From an uncultured SAR86 cluster bacterium (GTDB lineage Bacteria; Pseudomonadota; Gammaproteobacteria; Magnimaribacterales; AG-339-G14): a stretch of DNA of 64,000 nucleotides. Shown one piece after another: positions 1-9,858 of the stretch. The notes beneath the pieces were generated by a model. The model made no database searches. It saw only the letters and a program-made list of their open reading frames with translations, and was not told the origin of the DNA. The stretch lies in NCBI GenBank assembly GCA_902625415.1, contig CACOBG010000006.1, positions 496 through 64,495 of the forward strand, in the 5' to 3' direction. A program made the translations under genes and the position numbers. Position 1 is the first letter of the stretch, and each line of letters starts with the position of its first letter.

Positions 1-1
1 C

Positions 2-268
2 AAAAGTGCAAAAGAGATTTTTGAAAAAATAAATGAATTTTCCGTCTCCCAAAATGTAGCAATTTCTGAGGAAGGCACAATGTATGGCTCAGTTGGAACG
101 AAAGAGATTTCAGAACTTTTAGAGGCAAATGATTTCCAAATTGAAAGAAGTGCAGTCAGACTCCCTGAAGGTTCGCTCAAAGAACTTGGAAATTATGCGA
201 TTAATATCGAATTGCATCCTGAAGTTGTAGCTAAAATCAATCTCGAACTTATACCCGAAGAATCTTAA
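2..268 (+). CDS. rplI: 50S ribosomal protein L9, C-terminal part (gene starts before the window)
   Basis: Frame is open from base 2 (KSAKEIFEKINEFSVSQNVAISEEGTMYGSVGTKEI...LKELGNYAINIELHPEVVAKI). This matches the L9 C-terminal G-x-L/M-(F/Y)-GSV and LG.Y.+.+.LH motifs. rplI-dnaB-alr order is canonical. Confidence 0.95.
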   Translation, partial: KSAKEIFEKINEFSVSQNVAISEEGTMYGSVGTKEISELLEANDFQIERSAVRLPEGSLKELGNYAINIELHPEVVAKINLELIPEES

Positions 269-293
269 AATCTAATTGTCTTCACTCTTTAGT

Positions 294-316
294 AGTGGGA
301 GAATATTAATCCCGCT
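294..316 (+). promoter_or_regulatory. GC-containing hairpin abutting the dnaB start codon (AGTGGGA-gaatattaa-TCCCGCT)
   Basis: 7-bp stem (294-300 with 310-316, one G-U pair) and a 9-nt loop, followed directly by ATG at 317. The SD-like GGGAG (297-301) lies mostly in the 5' arm. No U-tract follows. Confidence 0.4.
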
Positions 317-1696
317 ATGAGAAAAGAAAACGACTTACCATCATCTATTGAGGCCGAAAAAGCTGTTCTTGGAAGCATTATTTTAGAACCAACACTCTGG
401 GATTCATTGTCTGTAGAAGTTGATGAAAGTGATTTTGTTGCAAACGAACACAAGTTAATTTATCGAGGTATCAAAAAATTGATTGACCTTGGATCTGATA
501 TAGATACTGTTACTTTGATTGAATCTCTTTCAAATGATAGCGATCTTTCATCTCTTTCTAATTTTGATCGAGTGAGTTATGTGAAAAATTTGGTGTCTGA
601 AACACCAGGTACAGCTAACTTTGTTAATTATACAAACATCATTAAACAGTCTTCTTCGCTTAGGAAATTAATATCAACTGCAGCTGATATCTCTTCTTTG
701 GCAAAGGAAGCAGATACTTTTGAAAGCGAAAGTGCTTTAAGTGAGGCTGAAGATAAATTAATAAAACTTAGAGACTCAATTCAAAGAAGTTCTGGTCCAA
801 TGCTGGCTAAAGATTTGATAAAACCTGTCTACGACAAGATTGATGAGACTATAAGATCTGATAGAGATTTGGTAGGAATCAGCACTGGCTTTAGAGATTT
901 GGATAAGCTCACAATGGGCTTACAGCAAGGAGATTTATTCATTATTGCAGGTCGACCCAGTATGGGAAAGACTGCTTTTGCCCTCAGCATTGCAGGTCAA
1001 TTGGTAAACGATGGCATACCATCAGTGCTTTTTAGTTTGGAAATGTCAGCAAGATCTATTATGTATAGGCTGATATCCTTGCTAGGAAAAATAGAATTAA
1101 AAAAACTATTCGAGGCAAAAAATCTTTCTGATAGCGATTTTAATGAGATAGAGAACTCGCTTTCTTTACTGAGTAGATCTAAATTTTTTATCGATGACAC
1201 ATCTTCATTATCTCCTTCAGAAATTCTATCTAGATCAAGAAAACTCAAAAGAGAAAATCCAGATTTAGGTCTGATCATCATTGATTACATGCAGCTGATG
1301 AAAGCTGACACTAAAAATGATAATCGTGTTTCAGAAATGAGTGAAATTTCAAGATCTTTAAAAGCTCTTGCAAAAGAAATTGATGTTCCGGTAATGGCTT
1401 TATCACAATTAAATAGAGCTCCTGAAACTAGGACAGGAAAAAGACCTGTTCTTGCTGATTTAAAAGATTCCGGGGCGATTGAGCAAGATGCTGATATTGT
1501 GACTTTTGTTTTTCGTGCAGAAAAATACGAACAAGATCTCGAAAATAAAGGACTTGCAATAATTGACGTAGCTAAACACAGAAATGGACCTACAGGTTCA
1601 GTGAAATTGCATTTTTCAGATAAATATACAAAGTTCCAAGATCTTGCCCCAGACGACCCAGCATTAAGAAATCCAGATTTTTCAGAAGAAGATTGA
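317..1696 (+). CDS. dnaB: Replicative DNA helicase
   Basis: N-terminal P.SIEAEKAVLG, Walker A GRPSMGKT, IIIDYMQLM, ALSQLNR, SGAIEQDAD, KHRNGPTG. No intein. Confidence 0.98.
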   Translation: MRKENDLPSSIEAEKAVLGSIILEPTLWDSLSVEVDESDFVANEHKLIYRGIKKLIDLGSDIDTVTLIESLSNDSDLSSLSNFDRVSYVKNLVSETPGTANFVNYTNIIKQSSSLRKLISTAADISSLAKEADTFESESALSEAEDKLIKLRDSIQRSSGPMLAKDLIKPVYDKIDETIRSDRDLVGISTGFRDLDKLTMGLQQGDLFIIAGRPSMGKTAFALSIAGQLVNDGIPSVLFSLEMSARSIMYRLISLLGKIELKKLFEAKNLSDSDFNEIENSLSLLSRSKFFIDDTSSLSPSEILSRSRKLKRENPDLGLIIIDYMQLMKADTKNDNRVSEMSEISRSLKALAKEIDVPVMALSQLNRAPETRTGKRPVLADLKDSGAIEQDADIVTFVFRAEKYEQDLENKGLAIIDVAKHRNGPTGSVKLHFSDKYTKFQDLAPDDPALRNPDFSEED

Positions 1697-1697
1697 A

Positions 1698-2765
1698 TTG
1701 AATCGTCCAACATTTGTAGAGATTGATCTGAAGGCTTTGGATTTTAATCTAAAAGGTCTTAAGAAATCTGTTCAATCGGCTGGATTTTTTCCTGTCGTTA
1801 AAGCTGATGCATATGGACACGGCATAGATAAAATTACGAAACACATCCAAAGTAAAGTTGATGGATTTTGTGTTGCAACGTCTGAAGAGGCCATAAATCT
1901 TCGCTCAAAATCAAAAAAACCTATTTTGGATCTGGAGGGGCCTTACGATTTAGCTGATATGAAGGCTCTTCTCAAAAATGATATAGAGTTTGTTATTCAC
2001 TCCAGCAGGCAGCTTAATTTTTTAAAGCAAATTAAGAATCTCAAAGAAAGTTATCCAATATGGCTAAAATTTGACTCAGGAATGAATAGACTTGGCTTTT
2101 CGATTGAAGATTCATCAATAATTTTTGAAGAAGTTTCTAAAAAAACAAACCAAATAGTTTTGATGAGTCATTTTTATACATTTAAAGGTAATGCAAAACA
2201 AGTAAAGGAATTTAAGGAATTAGAGAAAAGATGCGCATCAGAGAAAATTTCTGTAAAGAAAAGCCTATGCAATTCTGGAGGTATGATAAATTATCCTGCT
2301 TCGCAGAAAGATATTGTAAGACCTGGAATAAGCATGTTTGGCAGTAGATCAAACTTAAAAGAAAAAAACATTAAGCTTGAACCTGTGATGACTTTGAAAT
2401 CGAAGTTCATATCTTTAAAAGAAATTGAAAAAGGACAAAAGGTTGGTTACGAAGGGACTTGGCAGGCCAAAAAGCGCACTAAAATAGGCATTTTGCCAGT
2501 AGGGTATGGCGACGGGTATCCAATAAACTTGAGCAATTGCGGGAAAGTGTTGATTAAAGGAAAATTAGCGCCAGTAATTGGCAAAATCTCAATGGATATG
2601 GTTGCAATAGATTTATCCAATATAAGTAAAATTAGTTATAAGGATGAAGTTATTTTATGGGGTAAAGGCCATGAAGTAGACACAGTTGCAAAATATGCTG
2701 ATAATAGTGCTTATTCTTTAATGACAGGAATAACGAATCGAGTAAAAAAGGTATATAAGATATGA
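1698..2765 (+). CDS. alr: Alanine racemase (TTG start)
   Basis: PLP motif VVKADAYGHG, DSGMNRLG, RPGI, catalytic Tyr in KVGYEG, VGYGDGY, ISMD. Directly follows dnaB as in other gammaproteobacteria. Confidence 0.96.
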   Translation: MNRPTFVEIDLKALDFNLKGLKKSVQSAGFFPVVKADAYGHGIDKITKHIQSKVDGFCVATSEEAINLRSKSKKPILDLEGPYDLADMKALLKNDIEFVIHSSRQLNFLKQIKNLKESYPIWLKFDSGMNRLGFSIEDSSIIFEEVSKKTNQIVLMSHFYTFKGNAKQVKEFKELEKRCASEKISVKKSLCNSGGMINYPASQKDIVRPGISMFGSRSNLKEKNIKLEPVMTLKSKFISLKEIEKGQKVGYEGTWQAKKRTKIGILPVGYGDGYPINLSNCGKVLIKGKLAPVIGKISMDMVAIDLSNISKISYKDEVILWGKGHEVDTVAKYADNSAYSLMTGITNRVKKVYKI

Positions 2766-3874
2766 AGATTAAAGTTTTAGATGAAACCCCAAGGAAAATT
2801 AAAGAATTTCCTGTAGAGAACGAATACAATCTAACTAAAGAAGAAGTTACTGACGTAGCCGAGATTTTTAGCACTCCTTTAACAGGTTCCTACAATTGGG
2901 ACTACACGGTTCAAGATAACAGAATTAAAAGACTATACGAGTTAGGAAAAGATTTAAATTGGAATGCAGAAAAAGATATAGACTGGGATAGACCTTTACC
3001 TGAAAGAGGCGATACACCTCCACCCATATTTTGGGATGATTATGAGCCTTATCAAAAGCTTTCAACCGAAGAAAAGTTCAGATTTATGAGTCACAGAGGG
3101 GCTTGGTCCCTCAGCCAATTTCTGCATGGAGAACAAGGTGCATTATTAGTTGCTTCTCAGCTTGTTTCATGTGCTCCAACTTTTAATGCCAAACTCTATG
3201 CTGCATCTCAAACTTTTGATGAGGCAAGACATGTAGAAGCTTTCAATAAATATATTCAGTCTAGAGTTGGAATTATGTATCCTGTTGGTACGGGTCTTAA
3301 ATCCTTATTGGATAAAATTCTAACAGATCCAAGATGGGATCTTAAATTCATCGGAATGCAAATAATTATAGAGGGTCTTGCACTTGCAGCCTTTAATTTG
3401 GCAAGACAGGGAACTTTTGATCCTGTATTTAAAGACATGCTCTATTTAATCATCAGAGATGAAGCGAGACATGTGACTTTTGGGGTTAATTATTTAGAGG
3501 AATTCGTTAAAACTTTATCTGATGAAGAAAGAGAAGAAAGAGCACAATTTGCATATGAAGCATGTGTTGTAATGAGAGGGAGATTAATGTCATCCGAAGT
3601 ATATGAACATTTTGGATGGGATGCAGAGGATGCTATTGCTTTTCAAAGTAAATCAGACGTAACAAATAACTTTCAGCACTTATTGTTCACAAGGGTAGTT
3701 CCCAACCTATCGAAAATTGGTCTTCTTACTGAAAAAGTTAAACCTTTATATGATGAGTTAGGTGTTTTAGATTATCAAGATTGGCCAACAGATGGGGAAA
3801 TCGATTGGGCCTCTCTTTCCAGGCCCCTAGATCAATCGGAAGAAGAAGTAGAAGGAAAAATTATTTCCATCTAA
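2762..3874 (+). CDS. Ferritin-like diiron-carboxylate protein (AurF/N-oxygenase-like superfamily), function unknown
   Basis: Paired diiron motifs: HGEQGA...DEARH and IIEGLA...RDEARH. ATGA overlap with the alr stop. Confidence 0.75.
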   Translation: MKIKVLDETPRKIKEFPVENEYNLTKEEVTDVAEIFSTPLTGSYNWDYTVQDNRIKRLYELGKDLNWNAEKDIDWDRPLPERGDTPPPIFWDDYEPYQKLSTEEKFRFMSHRGAWSLSQFLHGEQGALLVASQLVSCAPTFNAKLYAASQTFDEARHVEAFNKYIQSRVGIMYPVGTGLKSLLDKILTDPRWDLKFIGMQIIIEGLALAAFNLARQGTFDPVFKDMLYLIIRDEARHVTFGVNYLEEFVKTLSDEEREERAQFAYEACVVMRGRLMSSEVYEHFGWDAEDAIAFQSKSDVTNNFQHLLFTRVVPNLSKIGLLTEKVKPLYDELGVLDYQDWPTDGEIDWASLSRPLDQSEEEVEGKIISI

Positions 3875-3937
3875 ATACCTTCTTTAAGTTTTCTGAATAG
3901 CTTAAGACTATTCTGATATACTTGTGAACCATCTTGT

Positions 3938-5572
3938 ATGAAAAAGATGGCTTCAAAAAATCCTAAATTTTTATTTGTAACTGGTGGAGTCGTCTCTTCT
4001 ATCGGTAAAGGTATTCTTTCAGCATCACTAGGCTCTCTTTTGGAGAGTAGAGGGTTAAAAGTTACAGTGATGAAGCTCGATCCATACATAAACCTTGATC
4101 CGGGTACAATGAGTCCTTTTCAACATGGGGAGGTTTTTGTTACAGAAGATGGTTCTGAAACCGATCTCGATCTTGGACATTATGAAAGATATTTGAACTC
4201 CAAAATGTCGCATAAAAATAATTTTACTGCTGGTCAAGTGTATGAAGATGTTCTTAAAAGAGAAAGAAAGGGAGAATTTTTAGGCTCAACCGTGCAGGTA
4301 ATCCCTCATATCACGGATGAGATTAAAAAAAGAATTACCTATGGTGCAGGCGAAAATGATATTGCAATCATAGAAATTGGTGGAACCGTTGGCGATATTG
4401 AGTCACAACCTTTTTTAGAAGCAATAAGGCAAATGAAACTTGAGTTGGGATCTGAAAGGACACTATTTACACACTTAACTTTCGTTCCTTATTTAGCATC
4501 ATCAGGAGAAACCAAAACAAAACCAACTCAGCATTCCGTGAAAAGTCTGTTATCTCATGGTCTGCAAGCAGATATTTTGATTTGTAGATCTGAACAAAAT
4601 CTTTCAAAAGCAGATTGTAGAAAAATTGCTTTATTTACTAACGTAAATGAAGATTGTGTTTTTACATTACCTGATGTGCCATCAATATACGCAATTCCCG
4701 TAATGATGAATAGACAAGGCTTAGATCAGCAAATAGTAGAAAAACTAAAATTAAAGTGTTCTAAGCCAAAACTTAATGATTGGAAAAGGGTTACTAAACT
4801 CGAATCAGAGCAAAAAGGAGAGACTAAAATCGCGATGGTAGGTAAATATACTGAATTGGTAGATTCATATAAATCGGTAAATGAAGCTTTAATTCATGCG
4901 GGCATCCACAATAAGACAAACGTAAAAATTGAGCATATAGATTCTGAAAGATTCAATAAGGGAGTAGAAAATTTAGAAGCTGATGGTATTTTAATTCCAG
5001 GAGGATTTGGAAATAGAGGCGTCAAAGGAATGCTTAACGTAGCAAAGTTTGCCAGAGAAAATAACATCCCTTATTTCGGGATATGCTTAGGGATGCAAGT
5101 TGCTGTCATAGAATTTGCAAGAAATGTATTGAAATTGGATGCTGACAGTACTGAGTTTAAGAAGAATACTCAGCATCCAGTAATAGGATTGATTACAGAA
5201 TGGCTTGATGAAGATGGACTTATTCAGTATCGGTCGGAAGACTCTGACAAGGGAGGTACTATGCGTTTAGGAAGTCAGGTATGCCATTTAAAGAAAAATA
5301 GTAAGATGGCAAAGCTTTACAAAAAACTCAAAATTTTCGAACGTCACAGACATAGATATGAATTTAATGGCAATTATGAGTCAGCATTTAATAAAAATGG
5401 TATGACTGTAGTTGGAAAATCTGAAGACGATACCTTGGTCGAAGCAATTGAAATTAAGAACCACAAATGGTTCATTGGTTGTCAGTTTCATCCTGAATTC
5501 ACATCCGATCCAATAAATGCGCATCCGCTTTTCAAAGGATTTATTAAAGCTGCTAAGTTAAACTCTAAATAA
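3938..5572 (+). CDS. pyrG: CTP synthase
   Basis: [26 protein letters not shown]; glutaminase triad motifs GICLGMQ and QFHPE; RHRHRYE. Confidence 0.99.
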   Translation: MKKMASKNPKFLFVTGGVVSSIGKGILSASLGSLLESRGLKVTVMKLDPYINLDPGTMSPFQHGEVFVTEDGSETDLDLGHYERYLNSKMSHKNNFTAGQVYEDVLKRERKGEFLGSTVQVIPHITDEIKKRITYGAGENDIAIIEIGGTVGDIESQPFLEAIRQMKLELGSERTLFTHLTFVPYLASSGETKTKPTQHSVKSLLSHGLQADILICRSEQNLSKADCRKIALFTNVNEDCVFTLPDVPSIYAIPVMMNRQGLDQQIVEKLKLKCSKPKLNDWKRVTKLESEQKGETKIAMVGKYTELVDSYKSVNEALIHAGIHNKTNVKIEHIDSERFNKGVENLEADGILIPGGFGNRGVKGMLNVAKFARENNIPYFGICLGMQVAVIEFARNVLKLDADSTEFKKNTQHPVIGLITEWLDEDGLIQYRSEDSDKGGTMRLGSQVCHLKKNSKMAKLYKKLKIFERHRHRYEFNGNYESAFNKNGMTVVGKSEDDTLVEAIEIKNHKWFIGCQFHPEFTSDPINAHPLFKGFIKAAKLNSK

Positions 5573-5575
5573 AAA

Positions 5576-6397
5576 ATGAGTGATTTAGTAAAAATAGCAA
5601 AAACAGAGATTTCAAATTCCAACAAACTTTGCGTCATTGCTGGTTTAAATGTTTTAGAAGACGATCAGCTTACTTTCAAGGTTGCTGAAAGATTAAAAAA
5701 AATTACTGAGGCTCAAGGGAATTCATTCATTTTTAAAGCTTCATTTGATAAAGCCAATCGCTCGTCTGTAGATTCATATCGAGGACCGGGTCTTGAAAAA
5801 GGCTTAGAAATTTTTAGAGAATTAAAAAAAAGCGACTATCAACTCATTACCGACATTCATGAAAAAAGCCAAGTCGAACAAATATCAGAGGTTGTTGATA
5901 TTATCCAAATACCTGCTTTTTTATGCAGACAAACAGATCTCATCAAAGAAGCTTGCCTGTCTGGAAAGCCGTTAAACATAAAAAAAGGACAATTTTTATC
6001 TCCTGATCAAATGAAAAATATCATTGAAAAATGCAACAATTTTGGCAATGATCAAGTCATGCTTTGTGAAAGGGGCACTTCTTTTGGTTATGACAATTTA
6101 GTTGTAGACATGCTGGGTATGTCTAAATTAAAAACTTTTAATTACCCAATTATTTTCGATGTTACTCACTCTCTTCAACTTCCCGGTCAAGGAAAAACTG
6201 CTGCAGGCGGAAGAGGAGATCAAGCCGAAGACTTAGCCAAAGCTGGAGTATCCTTGGGCATAGCTGGCCTATTTATAGAAGTTCATCCCAATCCTAAAGA
6301 AGCTCTTTGTGATGGTCCATCGGCAACGCCTTTAGATCAATTTGAAACCCTTTTAAATAAAGTCAATGCTGTTGATCAGGCCGTAAAAGGTTTATAG
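5576..6397 (+). CDS. kdsA: KDO8P synthase (Asn-type, metal-independent class)
   Basis: AGLNVLE, KASFDKANRSS, QIPAFLCRQT, KKGQFLSP, DVTHSLQ. Canonical pyrG-kdsA-eno order. Confidence 0.98.
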   Translation: MSDLVKIAKTEISNSNKLCVIAGLNVLEDDQLTFKVAERLKKITEAQGNSFIFKASFDKANRSSVDSYRGPGLEKGLEIFRELKKSDYQLITDIHEKSQVEQISEVVDIIQIPAFLCRQTDLIKEACLSGKPLNIKKGQFLSPDQMKNIIEKCNNFGNDQVMLCERGTSFGYDNLVVDMLGMSKLKTFNYPIIFDVTHSLQLPGQGKTAAGGRGDQAEDLAKAGVSLGIAGLFIEVHPNPKEALCDGPSATPLDQFETLLNKVNAVDQAVKGL

Positions 6398-6401
6398 GAA
6401 A

Positions 6402-7688
6402 ATGAAAATCAAAGCAATTAAAGCATTTGAAATCCTTGATTCCAGAGGAACTCCAACAATTGCGGCTTTGATAGAGGCAGATGATGATTTTAAAGAAATT
6501 GGTTTCGTTCCATCTGGCGCATCTACCGGTTCCAGAGAAGCCATAGAAAAAAGGGATGGCGGTAACAATTTTAATGGTAAAGGTGTTGCACAGGTTATTA
6601 AAAATGCAGAGGAGAATTTATTTCCAGAGCTTATTGGTATGAGAATAGGCTCTCAAGTTGAATTCGATTCAAAACTAATAGAGCTAGATGGGACAAAAAA
6701 TAAAAAAAATTTTGGTGCAAATATTATCCTTTCTCTGTCATTGGCTTACTGTAAGTTGTCAGCAAGTGCAGAAAAAAAGCCTTTATACGAATATATTCAT
6801 TATTACTTTAGGGAAAATTTTTTTTCAGAAGTAAAAATGAAGATGCCTCTTCCTATGATGAACATTCTAAACGGGGGAGCACATGCTAATAATCAGTTAG
6901 ACTTTCAGGAATTTATGATTCAGCCAGTTGGGTTCTCTTCCTTTAAAGAAGGTCTCATATGCGGCGTGGAAGTATTTAATTTTTTAAAAAAAACATTGAA
7001 TAAAAAAGGCTTTTCTACAGCAGTTGGCGATGAAGGTGGATTTGCTCCTGGAATAGATTCAGCTGAAGAAGCACTAGATTTAATATCCAGCTCCATCCAA
7101 GAAGCAGGATATGAAGTTGATAAAGATGTAACCTTTGCGCTGGATTGCGCGGCAACAGAATTGTTAAAAAATAAAGAATATGTTTTTTCAAATAAAGAAA
7201 AGTTATCGTCAGAAGAATTAATCGAGTATCTTTCCATTTTAGCTAATAAATATTCTATTACTTCAGTAGAAGACGGACTCGATGAAAACGATTGGGTTGG
7301 ATGGGAGAGTCTCACTAAAAAACTTGGTAAGAAAACTCAGTTGGTTGGCGATGATTTATTTGTAACTAATAAAGATATTCTTCAAGAGGGCATTGACAGA
7401 AATATTGCCAACTCAGTCTTGGTAAAAATTAACCAAATAGGAACAATTTCTGAAACTTTTGAAACTATATGTTTGGCTTATCAACATAACTATAAGTGTG
7501 TAATCTCTCATCGTTCTGGTGAAACAGAAGACAATTTTATTGCCGATTTAGCAGTTGGTACTGGAGCTGGACAAATAAAAACTGGCGCACCATCAAGGTC
7601 AGACAGAACTTCAAAATACAATAGATTGTTAATGATTGATGCTATGGAAGATTTAGAATTTCTTGGTAGGCAGGAGTTAGTAAATTGA
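6402..7688 (+). CDS. eno: Enolase
   Basis: ILDSRGTPT, VPSGASTG, VGDEGGFAP, LVGDDLFVTN, SHRSGETED, QIKTGAPSRSDR. Confidence 0.99.
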   Translation: MKIKAIKAFEILDSRGTPTIAALIEADDDFKEIGFVPSGASTGSREAIEKRDGGNNFNGKGVAQVIKNAEENLFPELIGMRIGSQVEFDSKLIELDGTKNKKNFGANIILSLSLAYCKLSASAEKKPLYEYIHYYFRENFFSEVKMKMPLPMMNILNGGAHANNQLDFQEFMIQPVGFSSFKEGLICGVEVFNFLKKTLNKKGFSTAVGDEGGFAPGIDSAEEALDLISSSIQEAGYEVDKDVTFALDCAATELLKNKEYVFSNKEKLSSEELIEYLSILANKYSITSVEDGLDENDWVGWESLTKKLGKKTQLVGDDLFVTNKDILQEGIDRNIANSVLVKINQIGTISETFETICLAYQHNYKCVISHRSGETEDNFIADLAVGTGAGQIKTGAPSRSDRTSKYNRLLMIDAMEDLEFLGRQELVN

Positions 7689-7987
7689 TAAACAAAATTA
7701 GAAATTATTTGTTTCCCATTGTATTAGTGATACTTATTTTTTTAATTTTATTTTATATTATAGGAATCTTCTATGGGGAAAATAGCATTGATCGGCTAGA
7801 CAAAATGGCACAAGAAAAAATTATCTTAAAAAATAAAATCGTTAAATTGAAGGAAGACAATAAAATTGCCAGAATGGAATTGGATAGCTTTACAAATGAT
7901 CCTGAAGCTTTGGAAGGTTACGCCCGAAGTAAGTTAAATTTGATTAAAAAAGGGGAAGTTCTCATTGAACTAGTTCCAAATGAGTGA
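7685..7987 (+). CDS. ftsB: Cell division protein FtsB (septum formation initiator)
   Basis: N-terminal TM helix, YGENSI, coiled coil, ALEGYARSKLNLIKKGE. Lies between eno and ispD. Confidence 0.88.
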   Translation: MINKIRNYLFPIVLVILIFLILFYIIGIFYGENSIDRLDKMAQEKIILKNKIVKLKEDNKIARMELDSFTNDPEALEGYARSKLNLIKKGEVLIELVPNE

Positions 7988-8690
7988 TTACGTCGCTTTA
8001 ATTCCTGCTGCTGGGGTTGGTGCTAGAGCCCAACTCAAACTTGCCAAGCAATTCAATTTAGTAGGAAAAAAAACCATTATTGAATTTGCCATAGATCCTT
8101 TTTTGAAAGATGAAAATTGTAAAACTATTTATGTAGTTGTCGCAGAAGATACTGAAGCTTGGGAAGCCCTGTCTATTTCGCAACATAATAAAGTCAAGAC
8201 TTGCATTGGCGCATCTACTAGGATGCTATCCGTTTTGAATGGCTTGCAAGAAATTAAAGAAGACGAAGATAAATCAATTCTAGTTGCGGTGCATGATGCA
8301 GCAAGACCTTGCTTGGACCTCAAAGATCTTTTGGGTTTAATGGGTAAAGCTCAGGATGAAATTAAAGAAGATGGAGAAGGGTGCTATCTTTCTTATCAAC
8401 CAACAGAAAGCGTTAACTTGGTAAAAAATGAAAAAGTACAAAAATCCTTAGATCGAAATAACGTTTGGTTGTCAGCAACACCTCAAGTTTTTTGTTTGGA
8501 AGATCTATTGTCAGCTTTAACCAAAGCCAATGACGAAGAAAAAGTATTTACCGATGAAGTAAGCGCCATGCTGCATTATTATAAAAAAGACATATCCATT
8601 TACCCCTGTAATAAAACAAATATTAAGGTGACCAAAAAAGAGGATTTGGAAACAGTAGAACAATATTTAAAACTTGCTGGCAGAATTTAG
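7980..8690 (+). CDS. ispD: 2-C-methyl-D-erythritol 4-phosphate cytidylyltransferase
   Basis: IPAAGVGAR...KQF, VHDAARP, ATPQVF, FTDE, NIKVT..EDL. Confidence 0.95.
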   Translation: MSDYVALIPAAGVGARAQLKLAKQFNLVGKKTIIEFAIDPFLKDENCKTIYVVVAEDTEAWEALSISQHNKVKTCIGASTRMLSVLNGLQEIKEDEDKSILVAVHDAARPCLDLKDLLGLMGKAQDEIKEDGEGCYLSYQPTESVNLVKNEKVQKSLDRNNVWLSATPQVFCLEDLLSALTKANDEEKVFTDEVSAMLHYYKKDISIYPCNKTNIKVTKKEDLETVEQYLKLAGRI

Positions 8691-9172
8691 TGAGTAAACT
8701 GAGAATTGGGCAAGGATTTGACGCTCATAAAATCATCAAAGGTTCTAAAGATTTCATCTTAGGAGGTATCTCAATCGACTCTGAGTATGAGGTAGTTGCT
8801 CATTCAGACGGTGATATCATCAGTCACGCAATCACCGATGCTCTTTTAGGTGCTTGCAAGATGGGTGATATTGGTAAACTTGCACCGTCCAATGAAGAAA
8901 ACAAGGGTATTTCCAGCATCCATCTCTTAAAAAAAGTTTCCACAATGCTTTCAGAATCAGGTTATCAAATCGTAAATATTGATGTTACTTATGTTGGAGA
9001 AGAGCCTAGGCTTGAGAAATTCAAAAAAAAAATTGAAGAAAATTTAGCTAAAGAATTGAAAGTAAATCTAAACGATATATCTTGCAAAGCAACAACTACA
9101 GATGGTTTGGGTTATGAGGGCGCTCGAGAAGGCATAAGCACACAAGCAATTGCTCTTGTTAAGAAAAACTAA
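8690..9172 (+). CDS. ispF: 2-C-methyl-D-erythritol 2,4-cyclodiphosphate synthase (GTG start)
   Basis: RIGQGFDAH, HSDGD...HAITDALLGA..GDIG, KATTTDGLG. Confidence 0.97.
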   Translation: MSKLRIGQGFDAHKIIKGSKDFILGGISIDSEYEVVAHSDGDIISHAITDALLGACKMGDIGKLAPSNEENKGISSIHLLKKVSTMLSESGYQIVNIDVTYVGEEPRLEKFKKKIEENLAKELKVNLNDISCKATTTDGLGYEGAREGISTQAIALVKKN

Positions 9173-9177
9173 TTTAC

Positions 9178-9858
9178 ATGAAAATAATACTTACCAATGA
9201 TGACGGATTTGACCATCCCGGTATCAAAGCTCTTTTTAAGGAATTGCATGACAAACACGAAGTATTTCTTATAGGCCCAGATCAAAATCGTAGTGGATTT
9301 AGCAGCGCGATAACTTTTTTGACTCCCTTAAGACACAAAAAATATGCAGATAATATATTCAGTCTAAACGGTACGCCCGTTGATTGTGTAAAAGTGGCTA
9401 GAAACATGCTGTGCCCCTTCGAACCGGAAATAGTCGTTTCTGGGATAAACCCAGGTCCAAATTTAGGCTCCGATGCCATTTTATCTGGTACAGTTGGCGC
9501 TGCTTTAGATGGTAGGAATTTGAAGTATCCTTCAATTGCAGTGTCTGTAGCATCTTTTGAAATCAATGATTTTTCTTTCGCTGCAAAGTTTGTTGCCAAA
9601 GTCTTGGATAATCTGGATAACTTGGAAATGGAAGACTTTCAAATTTTAAACATCAATGTACCTGATCATAACGAATTTCCCGATCCTGAAATTAAAATCA
9701 CTAAAACTTTCCTTAATGAGGAAGAAGGTGAGAAGAATCTTGATTTATCCGATCGAAAGAATTTGGAAGATGGATTCATTTCAATTTCTCCAATTAAGAT
9801 AGACATGCATTCCAACTCTCAACAACAGGTAGTTGCAGATTGGGCAAAAAATTTATAG
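9178..9858 (+). CDS. surE: 5'/3'-nucleotidase SurE (shortened C-terminal region)
   Basis: ILTNDDG, QNRSG.S, GTPVDCV, VVSGINPGPN, SGTVGAA, LNINVP. Confidence 0.95.
   Translation: MKIILTNDDGFDHPGIKALFKELHDKHEVFLIGPDQNRSGFSSAITFLTPLRHKKYADNIFSLNGTPVDCVKVARNMLCPFEPEIVVSGINPGPNLGSDAILSGTVGAALDGRNLKYPSIAVSVASFEINDFSFAAKFVAKVLDNLDNLEMEDFQILNINVPDHNEFPDPEIKITKTFLNEEEGEKNLDLSDRKNLEDGFISISPIKIDMHSNSQQQVVADWAKNL

Noticed and set aside
1455-1500. DnaB motif variant DLKDSGAIEQDAD (usually DLRESG)
   Set aside because: Conservative substitutions with all other helicase motifs intact; not enough to claim altered function.
3895-3913. GAATAG-N7-CTATTC inverted repeat upstream of pyrG
   Set aside because: A weak 6-bp AT-rich stem with no U-tract and no recognised operator match; it cannot be distinguished from chance.
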